A DNA stretch of 64,000 bases from Rhodothermales bacterium (lineage in GTDB: Bacteria; Bacteroidota; Rhodothermia; Rhodothermales; Bin80): NCBI GenBank assembly GCA_965116685.1, contig OZ220707.1, positions 1,811,655-1,875,654 on the forward strand, read 5' to 3'. A program made the position numbers and the translations under genes. The notes below the pieces were generated by a model that did no database searches, was not told where the DNA came from, and worked only from the letters and a program-made list of their open reading frames with translations. Positions 9,513 through 20,051 of the stretch are shown here, in pieces (position 1 is the stretch's first letter; each line of letters opens with the position of its first letter).

Positions 9513-10712
9513 CTATCGTCCTTTTGTTAGCAGACTCTTATACAATGCTGCGGTCTGCTTTGCAACCACCGCCCAACTGAAACTGGCCTCAACACGCGCA
9601 CGCCCCTGGAGCCCCATAGCCCGACTCCGCTCAGGATCCCCCATCAATTGATTGATGCTGTCTGCTAGTCGTTCTGCAAACCCCTTCCCCTCAAGTTCAA
9701 CTAAAAGCCCTGTTTCCCCATCTACCACAACCATAGGAATCCCGCCCACCTTAGTAGCTACAACCGCTGTTTCACAGGCCATGGCCTCAAGATTAATAAT
9801 TCCAAATGGTTCATATACCGATGGACATGCAAAGACCTGTGCGTGGGAGTAGAGCACAATCAACTCAGAGGGAGGCATCATTTCACGGATCCAGACCACA
9901 CGGTGCTCGTCGCTTTTTTTGAGCTTGGCGACCTCCTGAATCATTTCTGCTTCAATTTCCGGTGTGTCTGGTGCACCGGCAGCCAAGACGATCTGGGTCC
10001 CTGGATCAAGGTGCGCAATTGCATGCAATAAGTGAATGATTCCCTTTTGACGGGTAATTCTCCCCACAAACAGGACATAGGGGATTTCGGGGTTCACCCC
10101 ATAGCCTCGTAAGACGGTCTCGTCAAACGTAGGTTGATACTCTTCCAGATCAATTCCATTGGGGATCACATGAACTCTCCTGCGGCTGACCCCGTAGAGC
10201 GACACGACATCCTCTTTCATTTGAGGTGACACCGCAATCACGGCATCCGCTTCCTGATATGCCGTCTTCTCAATCCAGGAACTCATCTGATATGCACGCC
10301 CCAATTGCTCTGCTTTCCAGGGCCGATGCGGTTCCAGGCTGTGGGTTGTCAGCACCAGCTTGCCTCCAGTGAGCTGTTTAACCAGGATACCCGCCCAGTG
10401 AGAATACCACGTATGACAATGAATGATCTGGGTGTCCTCGGCCGCCGCGGCCATCGCCTGGTTGCGGTGCAGGGTACTGAAAAGCTTGTTGAAACGAGAA
10501 TCATTTCCCTTGGGCGCTCCTGTATCTCCAATTCCCTTTACACTGAGAGCATCTAAACTTTGCCTCTGTTTCCCGAATGCATAGACCTGCACCCGATGAT
10601 GCTCGGCTAATTCCCGTGTGAGATACTTAACATGCACTCCTGCACCACCATAAATGTTAGGTGGATATTCATTCGTTAAAACCGTTACTTTCACTTTGTA
10701 CGTCTCCACCAT
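9513..10712 (-). CDS. glgA: GT4-family glycogen synthase-like glycosyltransferase
   Basis: VTVLTNEYPPNIYGGAGVHVKYLTRELA N-terminus, and the C-terminal GT-B motif EPFGIINLEAMACETAVVATKVGGIP. Start taken at internal ATG 10712 (MVETYKVKV). The listed ORF continues upstream into IS-derived sequence. Confidence 0.75.
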   Translation of the reverse strand: MVETYKVKVTVLTNEYPPNIYGGAGVHVKYLTRELAEHHRVQVYAFGKQRQSLDALSVKGIGDTGAPKGNDSRFNKLFSTLHRNQAMAAAAEDTQIIHCHTWYSHWAGILVKQLTGGKLVLTTHSLEPHRPWKAEQLGRAYQMSSWIEKTAYQEADAVIAVSPQMKEDVVSLYGVSRRRVHVIPNGIDLEEYQPTFDETVLRGYGVNPEIPYVLFVGRITRQKGIIHLLHAIAHLDPGTQIVLAAGAPDTPEIEAEMIQEVAKLKKSDEHRVVWIREMMPPSELIVLYSHAQVFACPSVYEPFGIINLEAMACETAVVATKVGGIPMVVVDGETGLLVELEGKGFAERLADSINQLMGDPERSRAMGLQGRARVEASFSWAVVAKQTAALYKSLLTKGR

Positions 10713-11722
10713 GTCATAAAGTCCCTCTGCCTCCGCAGCTGTCTCGTTCAGCCGAACAAGCCAAGGGGATTCAGGATCGATTTCTACGATCATCGCATGC
10801 GTTTCCTTACATTTCTTTATCCTTTTGGCGCACACTTTTGTGAATTTTTTTACAAGCTCCGGGTTTTCTGAATAGCTGCTTGACTCGTCAAGCATTTGGT
10901 AGGCACTCTCAAAGGTTGTTTTCAGGTAGGCATGTTGGCGCCAGCTGGTGAAATCATATGCTTTTGAGGCTTTGATCGCCGTATCCACAGATCGCGTTAC
11001 CGTATCGTAGAGCTGTCTGACATCCGAAGGAGGTCCCTTTGCCTTCCTCCCTGCGCGCGGGAGTGTTTGGGATCTCTCCAGAGGCGGGATCAACCTCTTC
11101 AACCCCTGCTTTGTCACAATGGGATTGAGCTCCCGCATGAGAGCGTCCGTCATTTTAGTCAGGTTGTGACGTACGACCTCGTGCGAGTAAGGATGATCGT
11201 CTTCCCAAGTTCCATGCTGCAATATCTGACGCAATTGGATGTAGGAATTCGCCAGTGCTGCCAATCGGTCGTAGTCGCACTTGAGCGTGTTTTTTATTAC
11301 CATTAGAACAAATATGCGCCAATAGCTCATTCCAAGTCGACCGATATCCTGCCGCACCCCTGCAGCAGTGATGTGCTTCTTCATCACCGACAATACCTGC
11401 TCCCGCAGTGAATTGGTGGAACCAATCCTTTGCAAGACACGCAACGCACGGTCAATATCGTCCCGGGATTTCGGGTTGATCTGAATATCTCCTATCGGAA
11501 TGAGGTCCAGGGTTGGATTTCGGTTAATGTCCTGACGCATGGGGTTTAGAGGTCGGGAGGATGATTTGAGATCGGCACGTTTGTCTTGGGAAGTATACGC
11601 GTTGTTTGGATTTCATTGATTTCTGATTCTCTGGCTGGGGGGGCACCGAATCTATCCGATTCATAACGATCTGTCAGGTATGGTTGTTCGGAGCCAAAAG
11701 CATTTCTTTCGGAGCAACGGTT
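10713..11722 (-). mobile_element. ISNCY-family IS remnant: IRL-like end, leader and about 276 N-terminal transposase codons, catalytic half missing
   Basis: The N-terminus of the 675-aa ORF aligns with the transposases at 51710 and 58102. Examples: IPIGDIQINPKSRDDI vs VPIEEIELDLKSRDDV; GRLGMSYWRIFVL...CDYDRLAALAN vs GRPGMDLWRIVVL...CDYDRLAVLAN; SWRQHAYL vs GWRQHAYL. An IR-like GCATTTCTTTCGGAGCAACGG lies at 11700-11720. Confidence 0.65.
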
Positions 11723-11736
11723 TTGCAAGGAAGCGC

Positions 11737-14004
11737 TTAATCTATTTTTATCTGCCTCGGAGCTCGCACGAATAGCACATCATGCAACTTTGCATGATTC
11801 GTGAACACCTCCGGCCCTCGCTCTTCAAGTCCTTTCATGTTAAACCCAACCACCGTTAAGTCTGCGTCAGAGGATTTTTCAGAAACCATCCTGCGGAAAG
11901 CTTCAATATTGTCGATTGCCATATACTCAATATTTTTCTCCGAGATCGGCAGCCTTCCTTCACCGATCAACTGGGCAAATTCCTGCCTAGTCCGCTCTAC
12001 CTCCACTCCTGGCAAGGCCGCAAAAACCTGTACCTGCGCCTTCTCCCAATCCGGGTGTCCTAGAAGGATATAGCTCAGAAGAATCATTGTGTTTGCATTG
12101 TCTCTGTCATTCCAGGTCAGCCACACATGGATTGAATCTCTGCTGCCAAAATGCGTCTCACAGTGACGCAGCACCATAAGTGTCATATCCGTGTCTGCTG
12201 CGAACTTGCACTGATCTACCACGCCTTTGACCACATCCATGGAATCCCGTTGTGCAAATTCAAAAAGGATTGAGTTGTTCGACATGCCGGATACTCCAGG
12301 GACCTGAAGTGTCTGCGCCAGCGCTGAGGTGATGGACGGGCTCACAACCGTATCCATGTATACTGCACTGTGCTCCCTTTTTGCAAGTTCCAGTAATCGC
12401 TCTTTGATCCTCTTACTTTCAGAGAACGTGGCGGCAGTTAATCGGCCTTTTATAAAATGGACATACGTCCCGAACCCATATCGGTGGCACAGCCACCGTA
12501 GCATGATCAACGGGCTGCGCCGGTCAAAGGTGCGATCATTCACCATGATCACGCTCGGGCGCCACTCGTCAGCGACCTGATCCGTGCGTCGCTGCTGCAG
12601 ACGAATTTGCATATAGCGGGTCGCTTGCGTAATCGCATTCTGAAATAGCGAAGCCAAATCTCCCTCTCCCCGCTTCCCTATACGCAGCGCCTGGTAGAGT
12701 GCCACCAGAAGCAGAATCGCAAGCGTTGCAAACAATAGACTGATCTGGAACATCAGAAGGAAACAAATGATGGCTCCGAGAAGGCTGATATACCATCGGG
12801 ACCGGAAGCTCGGACGGTAGCTTGGTCGTGCCGCAAAATGCTCCAAGAAACTGATCGCGCAAAGAGACCCATAGGTCACCATAAAAAACATCGAAATCAG
12901 GATTGCAACAAGATTCACATTCCCTACAATGACGATCACCGTCGCCAAAACTCCTGTAATCATCGTCGCATGCCGAGGATCATTGGCCACACCGACCCCA
13001 CGCGACAACCATGCATTCAATCCTTTCCCCGGCAGCGAATTGTCTGCCCCCAAAGCCTGCAGGGTCCGAGGTGCCACCAGAACCGATCCAATTGCACTGC
13101 TCAAGGTCGCACAACACAACCCGATCAGGATGGCAGGCCCCCAAGCAGAAACCTGGGCCATGATCAACTGGTCTTCCGCCATCGCCTCAGGAGAGGCACT
13201 GATATGGAGTTTGAAGACAATCCCGATATAGACGATCATCCCGATTATCGTTGCCCATAACGTTCCCCTTGGCAGAGATTTGCGAGGATTCCGTAAATCC
13301 CCCGACAAGCCTACACCTGCCGTCATACCCGTAAATGCAGGAAATACAATTGCAAAAACGACGATGAACGAGTCAGGACGAGCAATCTTTTCCGTCAGAC
13401 TGACCGCATTCCGATCAAACCCTTCCAAAGGGGACCCCAGAAAAAACAGGAGTAGTGCCCCAAAGAGAGTCGCCGCAACCACGTATAACAGCTTAACCCC
13501 CAGATCCGCCCCCTTTGACAGCACAAGGGCCAACAGCATCACCAATGCAGGGATTGAGACGAGGCGTGAATCAAAACCAACTCCGAACTGATCCGCCAGG
13601 ATCGGCTCCAGCCAGGTGAATGCCTCGGCAAACGCAATCATGTAAAAGGCAACGGAGATTGCCTGGGATAAATACAGACTGATCCCAATCACCCCGCCAA
13701 TCGTTGTTCCGAACGATCGTGAGATGATGAAGTACTCCCCACCACCTTCCACTTTGCGGTTGGTTGCGATTTCTGCGAGCGCCAAGGCCGTTGGAATTGT
13801 CACAAGGTGGCCAAGAAGTATGATCCCCACAACCCCCAAAAGTCCTGTATGAGCCACGGCATAGCCGAAGCGCAGGAACATGATCGCCCCCAGGATTGTG
13901 CTGATTCCCGCAAGAAATACCGGTAATGTCCCAAACCCGTAACCACGATCTGTTGCCTGCATGTCTAATCCTGAATCTTTGTCTCGCCCGCTGAAATAAG
14001 CCAT
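11737..14004 (-). CDS. APC-superfamily permease with SLC12-type C-terminal domain (cation-chloride cotransporter-like)
   Basis: About 12 hydrophobic helices in the first 480 aa (amino-acid-permease-like FGTLPVFLAGISTILGAIMFLRFG), plus a roughly 270-aa soluble C-terminal domain. Confidence 0.7.
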   Translation of the reverse strand: MAYFSGRDKDSGLDMQATDRGYGFGTLPVFLAGISTILGAIMFLRFGYAVAHTGLLGVVGIILLGHLVTIPTALALAEIATNRKVEGGGEYFIISRSFGTTIGGVIGISLYLSQAISVAFYMIAFAEAFTWLEPILADQFGVGFDSRLVSIPALVMLLALVLSKGADLGVKLLYVVAATLFGALLLFFLGSPLEGFDRNAVSLTEKIARPDSFIVVFAIVFPAFTGMTAGVGLSGDLRNPRKSLPRGTLWATIIGMIVYIGIVFKLHISASPEAMAEDQLIMAQVSAWGPAILIGLCCATLSSAIGSVLVAPRTLQALGADNSLPGKGLNAWLSRGVGVANDPRHATMITGVLATVIVIVGNVNLVAILISMFFMVTYGSLCAISFLEHFAARPSYRPSFRSRWYISLLGAIICFLLMFQISLLFATLAILLLVALYQALRIGKRGEGDLASLFQNAITQATRYMQIRLQQRRTDQVADEWRPSVIMVNDRTFDRRSPLIMLRWLCHRYGFGTYVHFIKGRLTAATFSESKRIKERLLELAKREHSAVYMDTVVSPSITSALAQTLQVPGVSGMSNNSILFEFAQRDSMDVVKGVVDQCKFAADTDMTLMVLRHCETHFGSRDSIHVWLTWNDRDNANTMILLSYILLGHPDWEKAQVQVFAALPGVEVERTRQEFAQLIGEGRLPISEKNIEYMAIDNIEAFRRMVSEKSSDADLTVVGFNMKGLEERGPEVFTNHAKLHDVLFVRAPRQIKID

Positions 14005-14324
14005 CCTCCGCCAAACTCCAAGCCTCCCAATAAGCTACGAATTGAGATCCTATAATTGTTCTAAATCCTGCCCCAACCGTATAAAGCAAGGGACCAAAAA
14101 CGGATCGTTTCCGTGTGCTACAATAGACATGTCTCACTGTTCAGGCGTCTCCGAATTCTCCCCCCTGACATCTGCAACCCCGTTGGGCCATTAACACTCC
14201 AGATGTTCCGATGCACGTATACCAACTTCGGCGAATCAATGCATTTCATACTTGACTGGCAAGTTCGTAGTTTTAATATTCACCGTGTGCTTCGCTTGTA
14301 CCACATATACCCGATAATCCCCCA

Positions 14325-15062
14325 ATGTCAGAAATCTCACCCATTGCTGCTGCGCAGGATTCCTATACCATCCTGATCGTAGACGACGAAGATGACATTC
14401 TCGACCTGTTGCGCTACAATCTGGAGCGGCTGGGAATGAAAACCATTACCGCCAGGAATGGTGTTGAAGCACTGGACATCGTTGAAACCGGAGCTCTTGA
14501 TCTTATCGTGCTTGACATTATGATGCCTCGCATGAGCGGACTGGATGTCTGCCGACATATCCGAAAATATTCCAGACTGAAAGCGGTTCCCATTTTATTC
14601 CTCTCTGCGCGTTCCGAAGAAGAAGATCACATCCAGGGCTTGGATGTCGGGGCTGACAGCTACCTCTCCAAAACGTTTGGCATTGATGTCATTGTCTCCC
14701 AGATCAAAGCTCTCCTGCGTGGAACCCAGCGGATCATTCCCGGCGCTTCAATCCTGAGTATTCATGATCTTGACATTGACCGGGATCGGTATTGGGTATT
14801 TCAGAAAAACGCCGAAGAGCGGACACAGATCAACTTTACTCGCAGAGAATTTGATCTGTTATACTTTCTGGCGAACTCTCCAGGTGTTGTATTTACACGA
14901 AGGAACCTTATCAAGAGGGTTTGGGGAATGAAAGTGGAAGTTGGAAAACGCACCGTTGATGTGCATGTGAGCAAGCTCAACAAAAAACTGGGGAAATATC
15001 AGGGGACCGATTACATCCAATCCGTCAAAGGTGTTGGCTATCGCTTCCTGGAACGTAAGTGA
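14325..15062 (+). CDS. OmpR/PhoB-family response regulator
   Basis: Receiver domain ILIVDDEDDILDLL...LIVLDIMMP...K, and a winged-helix output domain LTRREFDLLYFLANSPGVVFTRRNLI...VDVHVSKLNKKL...GVGYRF. Confidence 0.9.
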   Translation: MSEISPIAAAQDSYTILIVDDEDDILDLLRYNLERLGMKTITARNGVEALDIVETGALDLIVLDIMMPRMSGLDVCRHIRKYSRLKAVPILFLSARSEEEDHIQGLDVGADSYLSKTFGIDVIVSQIKALLRGTQRIIPGASILSIHDLDIDRDRYWVFQKNAEERTQINFTRREFDLLYFLANSPGVVFTRRNLIKRVWGMKVEVGKRTVDVHVSKLNKKLGKYQGTDYIQSVKGVGYRFLERK

Positions 15063-15078
15063 GCCTCCGAGGAGTGGC

Positions 15079-16134
15079 ATGAACCCTGATCAACAAGTCC
15101 CCAAAGGTCTATTGGCCTACCGAGTATCCTGGCGTGTGAGCCTGCTTGTCTTGGTTACACTGTTTTTGGCTGCCCTGATTGGCTTTCGGCTACCTTGGTG
15201 GGTTGTCGTCTCTATCAGCGGAATCATCGGGCTCGTCACCTTTGTAGGGATCCATTGGATGGTCACTCAACGCATGTCTGCCTTGCAGTCCACCCTCGCA
15301 GGCATTGGCGAAAACGACGCAATTCTCCCCAAAAAAGAGCTGGCACTTCCGCGCGATGAACTCAGCTATCTGATCAATCTTGCTCATGATGCGGATCAAC
15401 GCGTTGCCAATCAAATGCAGGAGCTTGAGCGCATGGAAAACTATCGGAGTGAGTTTCTGGGCAACGTATCCCATGAACTCAAAACCCCTATTTTTGCGAT
15501 CCGGGGGTTTGCAGAAACCCTTCTGGATGGCGCTCTGGACGATGAGCGCGTCCGGCGCTCCTTTGTTCATAAAGTTCTCAGGAATGCGAACCGGCTTGGG
15601 AACCTTGCGGAGGATCTATCCTCCGTTGCCCGAATAGAGATGGGGGAGCTCTCCATGGATCAGCAACCATTCGACCTGCTCAAACTGAGCAGGGAAGTTC
15701 TTGAGTCACTGGAATCCATGGCCTCCGACAGAGAGATTGCCGTGCGACTCTCCATGCCTGAAGATCTACCCGAAGTGATTGCAGATCGCAATCATATCAG
15801 TCAGGTTCTCAGTAATCTGATTGATAATGGCATTAAGTATGGTCAAGCCGGCGGACAGGTTGAAGTGATTGCACGGCGATTGCACGAGGGCTCCGTCAAA
15901 GTTTCTGTTGTTGATGATGGAGCCGGCGTTTCCCCTGAATATATTCCACGTCTTACCGAAAGGTTTTTTCGGGTAGAACCTAGCCGCTCATCAGAGCTTG
16001 GCGGAACCGGTCTGGGGCTGGCAATTGTGAAACACATTCTCAGTGCACATGGCAGTCAGCTAATGATCGAAAGTCTTCCGGGAAGTGGTTCCACCTTCGG
16101 CTTTGTCCTTCCTACAACCGGCGAAATGATCTGA
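15079..16134 (+). CDS. Sensor histidine kinase (HisKA + HATPase_c), PhoR-like
   Basis: Two N-terminal TM helices, H-box FLGNVSHELKTPIFAI, N-box LSNLIDNGIKYG, and G-boxes DDGAGV and GGTGLGLAIVKHI. ATG 15079 lies 17 nt after the regulator stop. Confidence 0.85.
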   Translation: MNPDQQVPKGLLAYRVSWRVSLLVLVTLFLAALIGFRLPWWVVVSISGIIGLVTFVGIHWMVTQRMSALQSTLAGIGENDAILPKKELALPRDELSYLINLAHDADQRVANQMQELERMENYRSEFLGNVSHELKTPIFAIRGFAETLLDGALDDERVRRSFVHKVLRNANRLGNLAEDLSSVARIEMGELSMDQQPFDLLKLSREVLESLESMASDREIAVRLSMPEDLPEVIADRNHISQVLSNLIDNGIKYGQAGGQVEVIARRLHEGSVKVSVVDDGAGVSPEYIPRLTERFFRVEPSRSSELGGTGLGLAIVKHILSAHGSQLMIESLPGSGSTFGFVLPTTGEMI

Positions 16135-16750
16135 AATTCTCAGGGCGGAGCACTTCTTGGTCCATGGCTAATTCGTAGAGCTTTTTGGTCTTACGGCACA
16201 ATTCAGCCTGATCATCTGCATTGACCAGAACCACATCCGCCCAGCCCTCTGTTTCTCCCTGACACAGCTGCCTTTGCATTCTCGCACGTACTTCGCCTGC
16301 GCTTATTCCATCACGAGCCATCACACGCTCGGTGCGAACATCCTTGGGAGCACTGACTACACAGATCGCATCCAGGCGGTCTGCCAACCCTGCCTCGTAG
16401 ATGAGGGCCGCCTCGTGAATCAGCAAGCCGGATGATAACTGCTGCTTTCGGCGATCAAAAGCCTCACCGACTCTGGGATGTACGATTGCGTTCAAGTTGG
16501 CTAGGCTGGCCTCATTGCTGAACACCTGAGCCGCCAGCCAGGGTCGGTCTAACTGCCCATCCGGCTTATAGCTTTTACGCCCAAATAACTGGATCACCGC
16601 TTCGCGCACCTGCTCGCTGGATTCCATAAGATCCCGTGCCACTCGATCTGCTTCGAAGATGGTGGCCCCTAGATCTTCCAGATAACCACATACCGAGGAC
16701 TTCCCACTTCCAATTCCTCCCGTCACTCCCAGCGTTCGTACATCACACAT
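16112..16750 (-). CDS. coaE: Dephospho-CoA kinase
   Basis: LGVTGGIGSGKSSVC P-loop at the N-terminus; length about 212 aa from ATG 16750. Confidence 0.85.
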   Translation of the reverse strand: MCDVRTLGVTGGIGSGKSSVCGYLEDLGATIFEADRVARDLMESSEQVREAVIQLFGRKSYKPDGQLDRPWLAAQVFSNEASLANLNAIVHPRVGEAFDRRKQQLSSGLLIHEAALIYEAGLADRLDAICVVSAPKDVRTERVMARDGISAGEVRARMQRQLCQGETEGWADVVLVNADDQAELCRKTKKLYELAMDQEVLRPENFRSFRRL

Positions 16751-16916
16751 TGAGTCTAACTTTTGCGTACTGCAGTTGCTTATACAAGGTACGTTCCAGC
16801 GGAACACGCTTTGAACGCATCATTCATTCATATTATCGTCCCATCAACAATAAGCCCCCGTTCTCCTTTTCCGACTTTTAAACAGTATCTTCCTTTTGCT
16901 CATTTCAAGAAAAGAC

Positions 16917-17912
16917 ATGTCAGATCAACATACTCATTCCCCGGGCCACGGGGAGTTGTTCTCAAGTGGCCACACGCATGATCTGCGTGGTGCCAGCAAG
17001 CGACATTTGCTCTGGTGTGCGTTTCTGATTGGCGGTTACATGATCGTCGAGATTGTAGCTGGCATTGTTTCGGGCAGTTTGTCCCTCTTAGCGCATGCAG
17101 GGCACATGCTGACCGATGCATTCTGTATTGGAATCGCACTGGTGGCAATGAATGTTGCCGAAAAAAAAGCGACGAAGCGACATACCTATGGATACGAGCG
17201 CTATGAAATCATGGCTGCGCTGGTGAATGTGCTCGCATTATGGCTGCTCGCCGGAGCAATCCTGCTTGAGGCCTTCAATCGCACGGTGGCACATAGTCAT
17301 GAGCATGCACCCGACGGCACCATCATGGTTGTGGTTGGTGGGCTGGGCTTTGTGGTTCATTTGGTCGCTGCAACCATCCTGTACAGATCCATTGGACACA
17401 GTGTTAACGTTGCCGGCGTCTACCAGCATGTACGAGCAGATTTGCTGGGTGCAGTCGCAATTATGGCCTCGGGTGCACTTATCTGGTGGAATCCAATTGG
17501 TGGGGAATGGCTTGAGATTTGGCTTGACCCAATACTTGGTTTTGCCTTGGCCATCCTGATTCTCGCTGGTACACTGACAATCATAAGGCGTGTAACAAGA
17601 GTTCTTCTTGAGGGGGTCCCCAAACATGTTGATGTTCACAGGCTTTGTCGGTCTATTGAGAGCCTGCCCGGAGTCGTTCTAATTCATGATATCCATGTCT
17701 GGACGCTTTCGCAGGGTAGTGACGCGTTGACGGCGCATGTGGTGATTGGCGAACATGTGACGGATCGGGAAGCAATGCTGGATCAAATCAAAGAAATGGT
17801 AACGAACGAGTACAACATCGGTCACATGACCGTTCAACTGGAGTCAAGCGTCACACGGTGTACGGAAGATCACCATGTGGAAAACCTGCTTGCACTGGCA
17901 GACCAGTCCTGA
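16917..17912 (+). CDS. Cation diffusion facilitator (Zn/Co/Cd efflux) transporter
   Basis: His-rich N-terminus, six TM helices with the SLLAHAGHMLTDA motif, and a C-terminal cytoplasmic domain IHDIHVWTLSQG...LTAHV. Confidence 0.85.
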   Translation: MSDQHTHSPGHGELFSSGHTHDLRGASKRHLLWCAFLIGGYMIVEIVAGIVSGSLSLLAHAGHMLTDAFCIGIALVAMNVAEKKATKRHTYGYERYEIMAALVNVLALWLLAGAILLEAFNRTVAHSHEHAPDGTIMVVVGGLGFVVHLVAATILYRSIGHSVNVAGVYQHVRADLLGAVAIMASGALIWWNPIGGEWLEIWLDPILGFALAILILAGTLTIIRRVTRVLLEGVPKHVDVHRLCRSIESLPGVVLIHDIHVWTLSQGSDALTAHVVIGEHVTDREAMLDQIKEMVTNEYNIGHMTVQLESSVTRCTEDHHVENLLALADQS

Positions 17913-18040
17913 CCCTGCTATATCAGACCGATGAAGGGATCTTCAGCCACCATTCTTTTGACCCCGGCAACATTTAGTTTGTCCTGGGACATGCCTTGAC
18001 ACAGAGCATCGAACGCACTGTGGTGCGGCGAATTCATGCA

Positions 18041-20038
18041 TCAATCCAACCGCCAGAATACGCTCAATGAAATGAGTGGGATCAGGCGCCGTGTACCCCG
18101 CCGGGCAGCTCGTCGAATGATCTCCGCATTGGCTGACGGCAATTGGCCATAAAGCCGATATCTCAACTGTTGCCAATTCGTCCAGGCATCCAGACGCAAG
18201 GTCGTCTGGCCCCGTATCCAATAGAGTGCAGCCGACGGACCGGTCTGTATGATCCATCGTTTTCCTCTTCTGGTAATACTCCCGCGTGTACTGGTTAGCT
18301 CATCACTGGGTAGCTGGTATTGTACCGTAATTGCTCGGTCATAATCGCTTCGCAAAAATGTACGCCATCCCAGTTCTCCACGAAGTCGCCGCCCTGACTG
18401 TATCCGTAGCCAGGCGCTGTAGGTTCTGAGTGTGTCAAAGGGGATTTCGGCAAACTCGTCCCATCTCAGCCGCCCCAGACGCAAGTCCGAAAAACTGGCA
18501 GACAGCCTTAGATCTGTGTCAGGGAAGAGTCGATGTTCTATTTCTGATTCGAGACGCATCTCCCGCGCAGACTGGTCGGATGGCCTGCGTCCCGGTAGTA
18601 CAAAATCATCGGTCGTATAGGTGGCCCGCACTTCGCTGGCCAGTCGAATACGTGTCTGTGAAGACGGGGTCCAATCCATGGACGGGCGCAGTCGTAATGT
18701 GCGCTGGACATTGTTTTCTGCCGAACGCTCTGCATTCAAAAACACCGTATGATGATAGGAGCCGAACATCCTTGCCTCCACTCGAAAATAGCGGCGGCGG
18801 CGATGGCTGAGCGTGAACGTGGCGGTATGGTACACTTCATCCCGATCATCCAGATTTACCAAGGGCGTGTCATGCCGCACAATCCGCGAACTTCCTGAAA
18901 AAAGAACCGACAGTGCAGGCAAAATATCCCCCCGCACATTCCCGCTTACCGCAAAGACTCCTTCGTCGTAATCCGCCTGTTGCAGGAGCGTTCTTTTTTG
19001 TGCCGCTTCAGAAGGTGGTAACTCGTCCCTGTTGCTGAGGACTCGCCGCTCGCTGATTGCTCCGTACTCAGCACGCAATTGCGCGTCAACACGCTCGTGC
19101 TCATAGTGGAGACCGAACTGTCCGGTAAATGCCTGACGTGCAAAATTGGTCTCAAAAGTGATCGACTCTTCGGGGGCGCTCGGGGTGCGGATACGCCTTT
19201 GATTCAGTCGGATATCAGCCTGCGCAATAACGCGAAGCCCATTGATGACAGGAACCTGCATCAGGACGTTTGCATCCAGCGTGTCACTGGTGGTCGCCTC
19301 GATTGATTCAGGATCACGTAGCTGCCCCCGATTCAGGAACGACGCAGCCTGATAGGTATCCCTTCGACGACTGGAATAGCGTGCACGCGAATCCAGTCGT
19401 CCTAACCCGAATGAACGGGCGGCGGTTGCTGCCAACATCAGATCTCCAACCCGTCGCGGTGCGATGCGCTGCCATGCGGCATCGGAATAAAACGAGACCT
19501 GGTACCCCTGAATCTCACGAGGCTCCAAGTCCACCGACACCGCCACTGCAGGTCCGGTATCCACCCGTAAAGGAGCCCCCTGATCACCCTGTACAATTCC
19601 CGGTCGGCGATCTGATCCGACCCCTACCGCCGTCTCAAGCGTGAATGCTGTAAAGGGGTTCATCTGTATCCCGAGTAGAAGTGACCGGGATGAGGCACGA
19701 CCGGATCCAAACCAATCAAAATCCCCGTGAATACTTGCCCCGAAGCGAGGCCTGATTGGACGCACCGCGGTGAAGCTCAGACGATCTTCATCCCGGAAAC
19801 GAAGTCGATTGTCAAACTGGAGATACGCATCCGACATAAACCGATTGGTCATATCAATCTGCCAAGGGCCAAGGTTTGCGTTCCAAGTGGTAACGGAACT
19901 CCACCGATACCGATTCACTTCACGGGCAAATTCCGTCTCCTGCTGCAATGAAGACTGTGCCTTGGAGCGATTACTGGAGAACCCCAACGCCAGTATATAG
20001 ACGATCAGAAGCCATCGACTGCAAAAAGCCCCGTGCAT
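18041..20038 (-). CDS. Predicted outer-membrane beta-barrel protein, unknown family
   Basis: Signal peptide MHGAFCSRWLLIVYILALGFSSNRSKAQ at ATG 20038. Long R/D/S/Y-rich sequence with alternating hydrophobic pattern. No recognisable catalytic motif. Confidence 0.4.
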   Translation of the reverse strand: MHGAFCSRWLLIVYILALGFSSNRSKAQSSLQQETEFAREVNRYRWSSVTTWNANLGPWQIDMTNRFMSDAYLQFDNRLRFRDEDRLSFTAVRPIRPRFGASIHGDFDWFGSGRASSRSLLLGIQMNPFTAFTLETAVGVGSDRRPGIVQGDQGAPLRVDTGPAVAVSVDLEPREIQGYQVSFYSDAAWQRIAPRRVGDLMLAATAARSFGLGRLDSRARYSSRRRDTYQAASFLNRGQLRDPESIEATTSDTLDANVLMQVPVINGLRVIAQADIRLNQRRIRTPSAPEESITFETNFARQAFTGQFGLHYEHERVDAQLRAEYGAISERRVLSNRDELPPSEAAQKRTLLQQADYDEGVFAVSGNVRGDILPALSVLFSGSSRIVRHDTPLVNLDDRDEVYHTATFTLSHRRRRYFRVEARMFGSYHHTVFLNAERSAENNVQRTLRLRPSMDWTPSSQTRIRLASEVRATYTTDDFVLPGRRPSDQSAREMRLESEIEHRLFPDTDLRLSASFSDLRLGRLRWDEFAEIPFDTLRTYSAWLRIQSGRRLRGELGWRTFLRSDYDRAITVQYQLPSDELTSTRGSITRRGKRWIIQTGPSAALYWIRGQTTLRLDAWTNWQQLRYRLYGQLPSANAEIIRRAARRGTRRLIPLISLSVFWRLD

Positions 20039-20051
20039 CTTGGTGATCGGC

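Noticed and set aside
13571-14137. 188-aa minus-strand ORF overlapping the 5-prime end of the permease gene
   Set aside because: It is out of frame with, and almost fully inside, the well-supported 755-aa transporter gene. The peptide is R/G/W-rich with no motifs.
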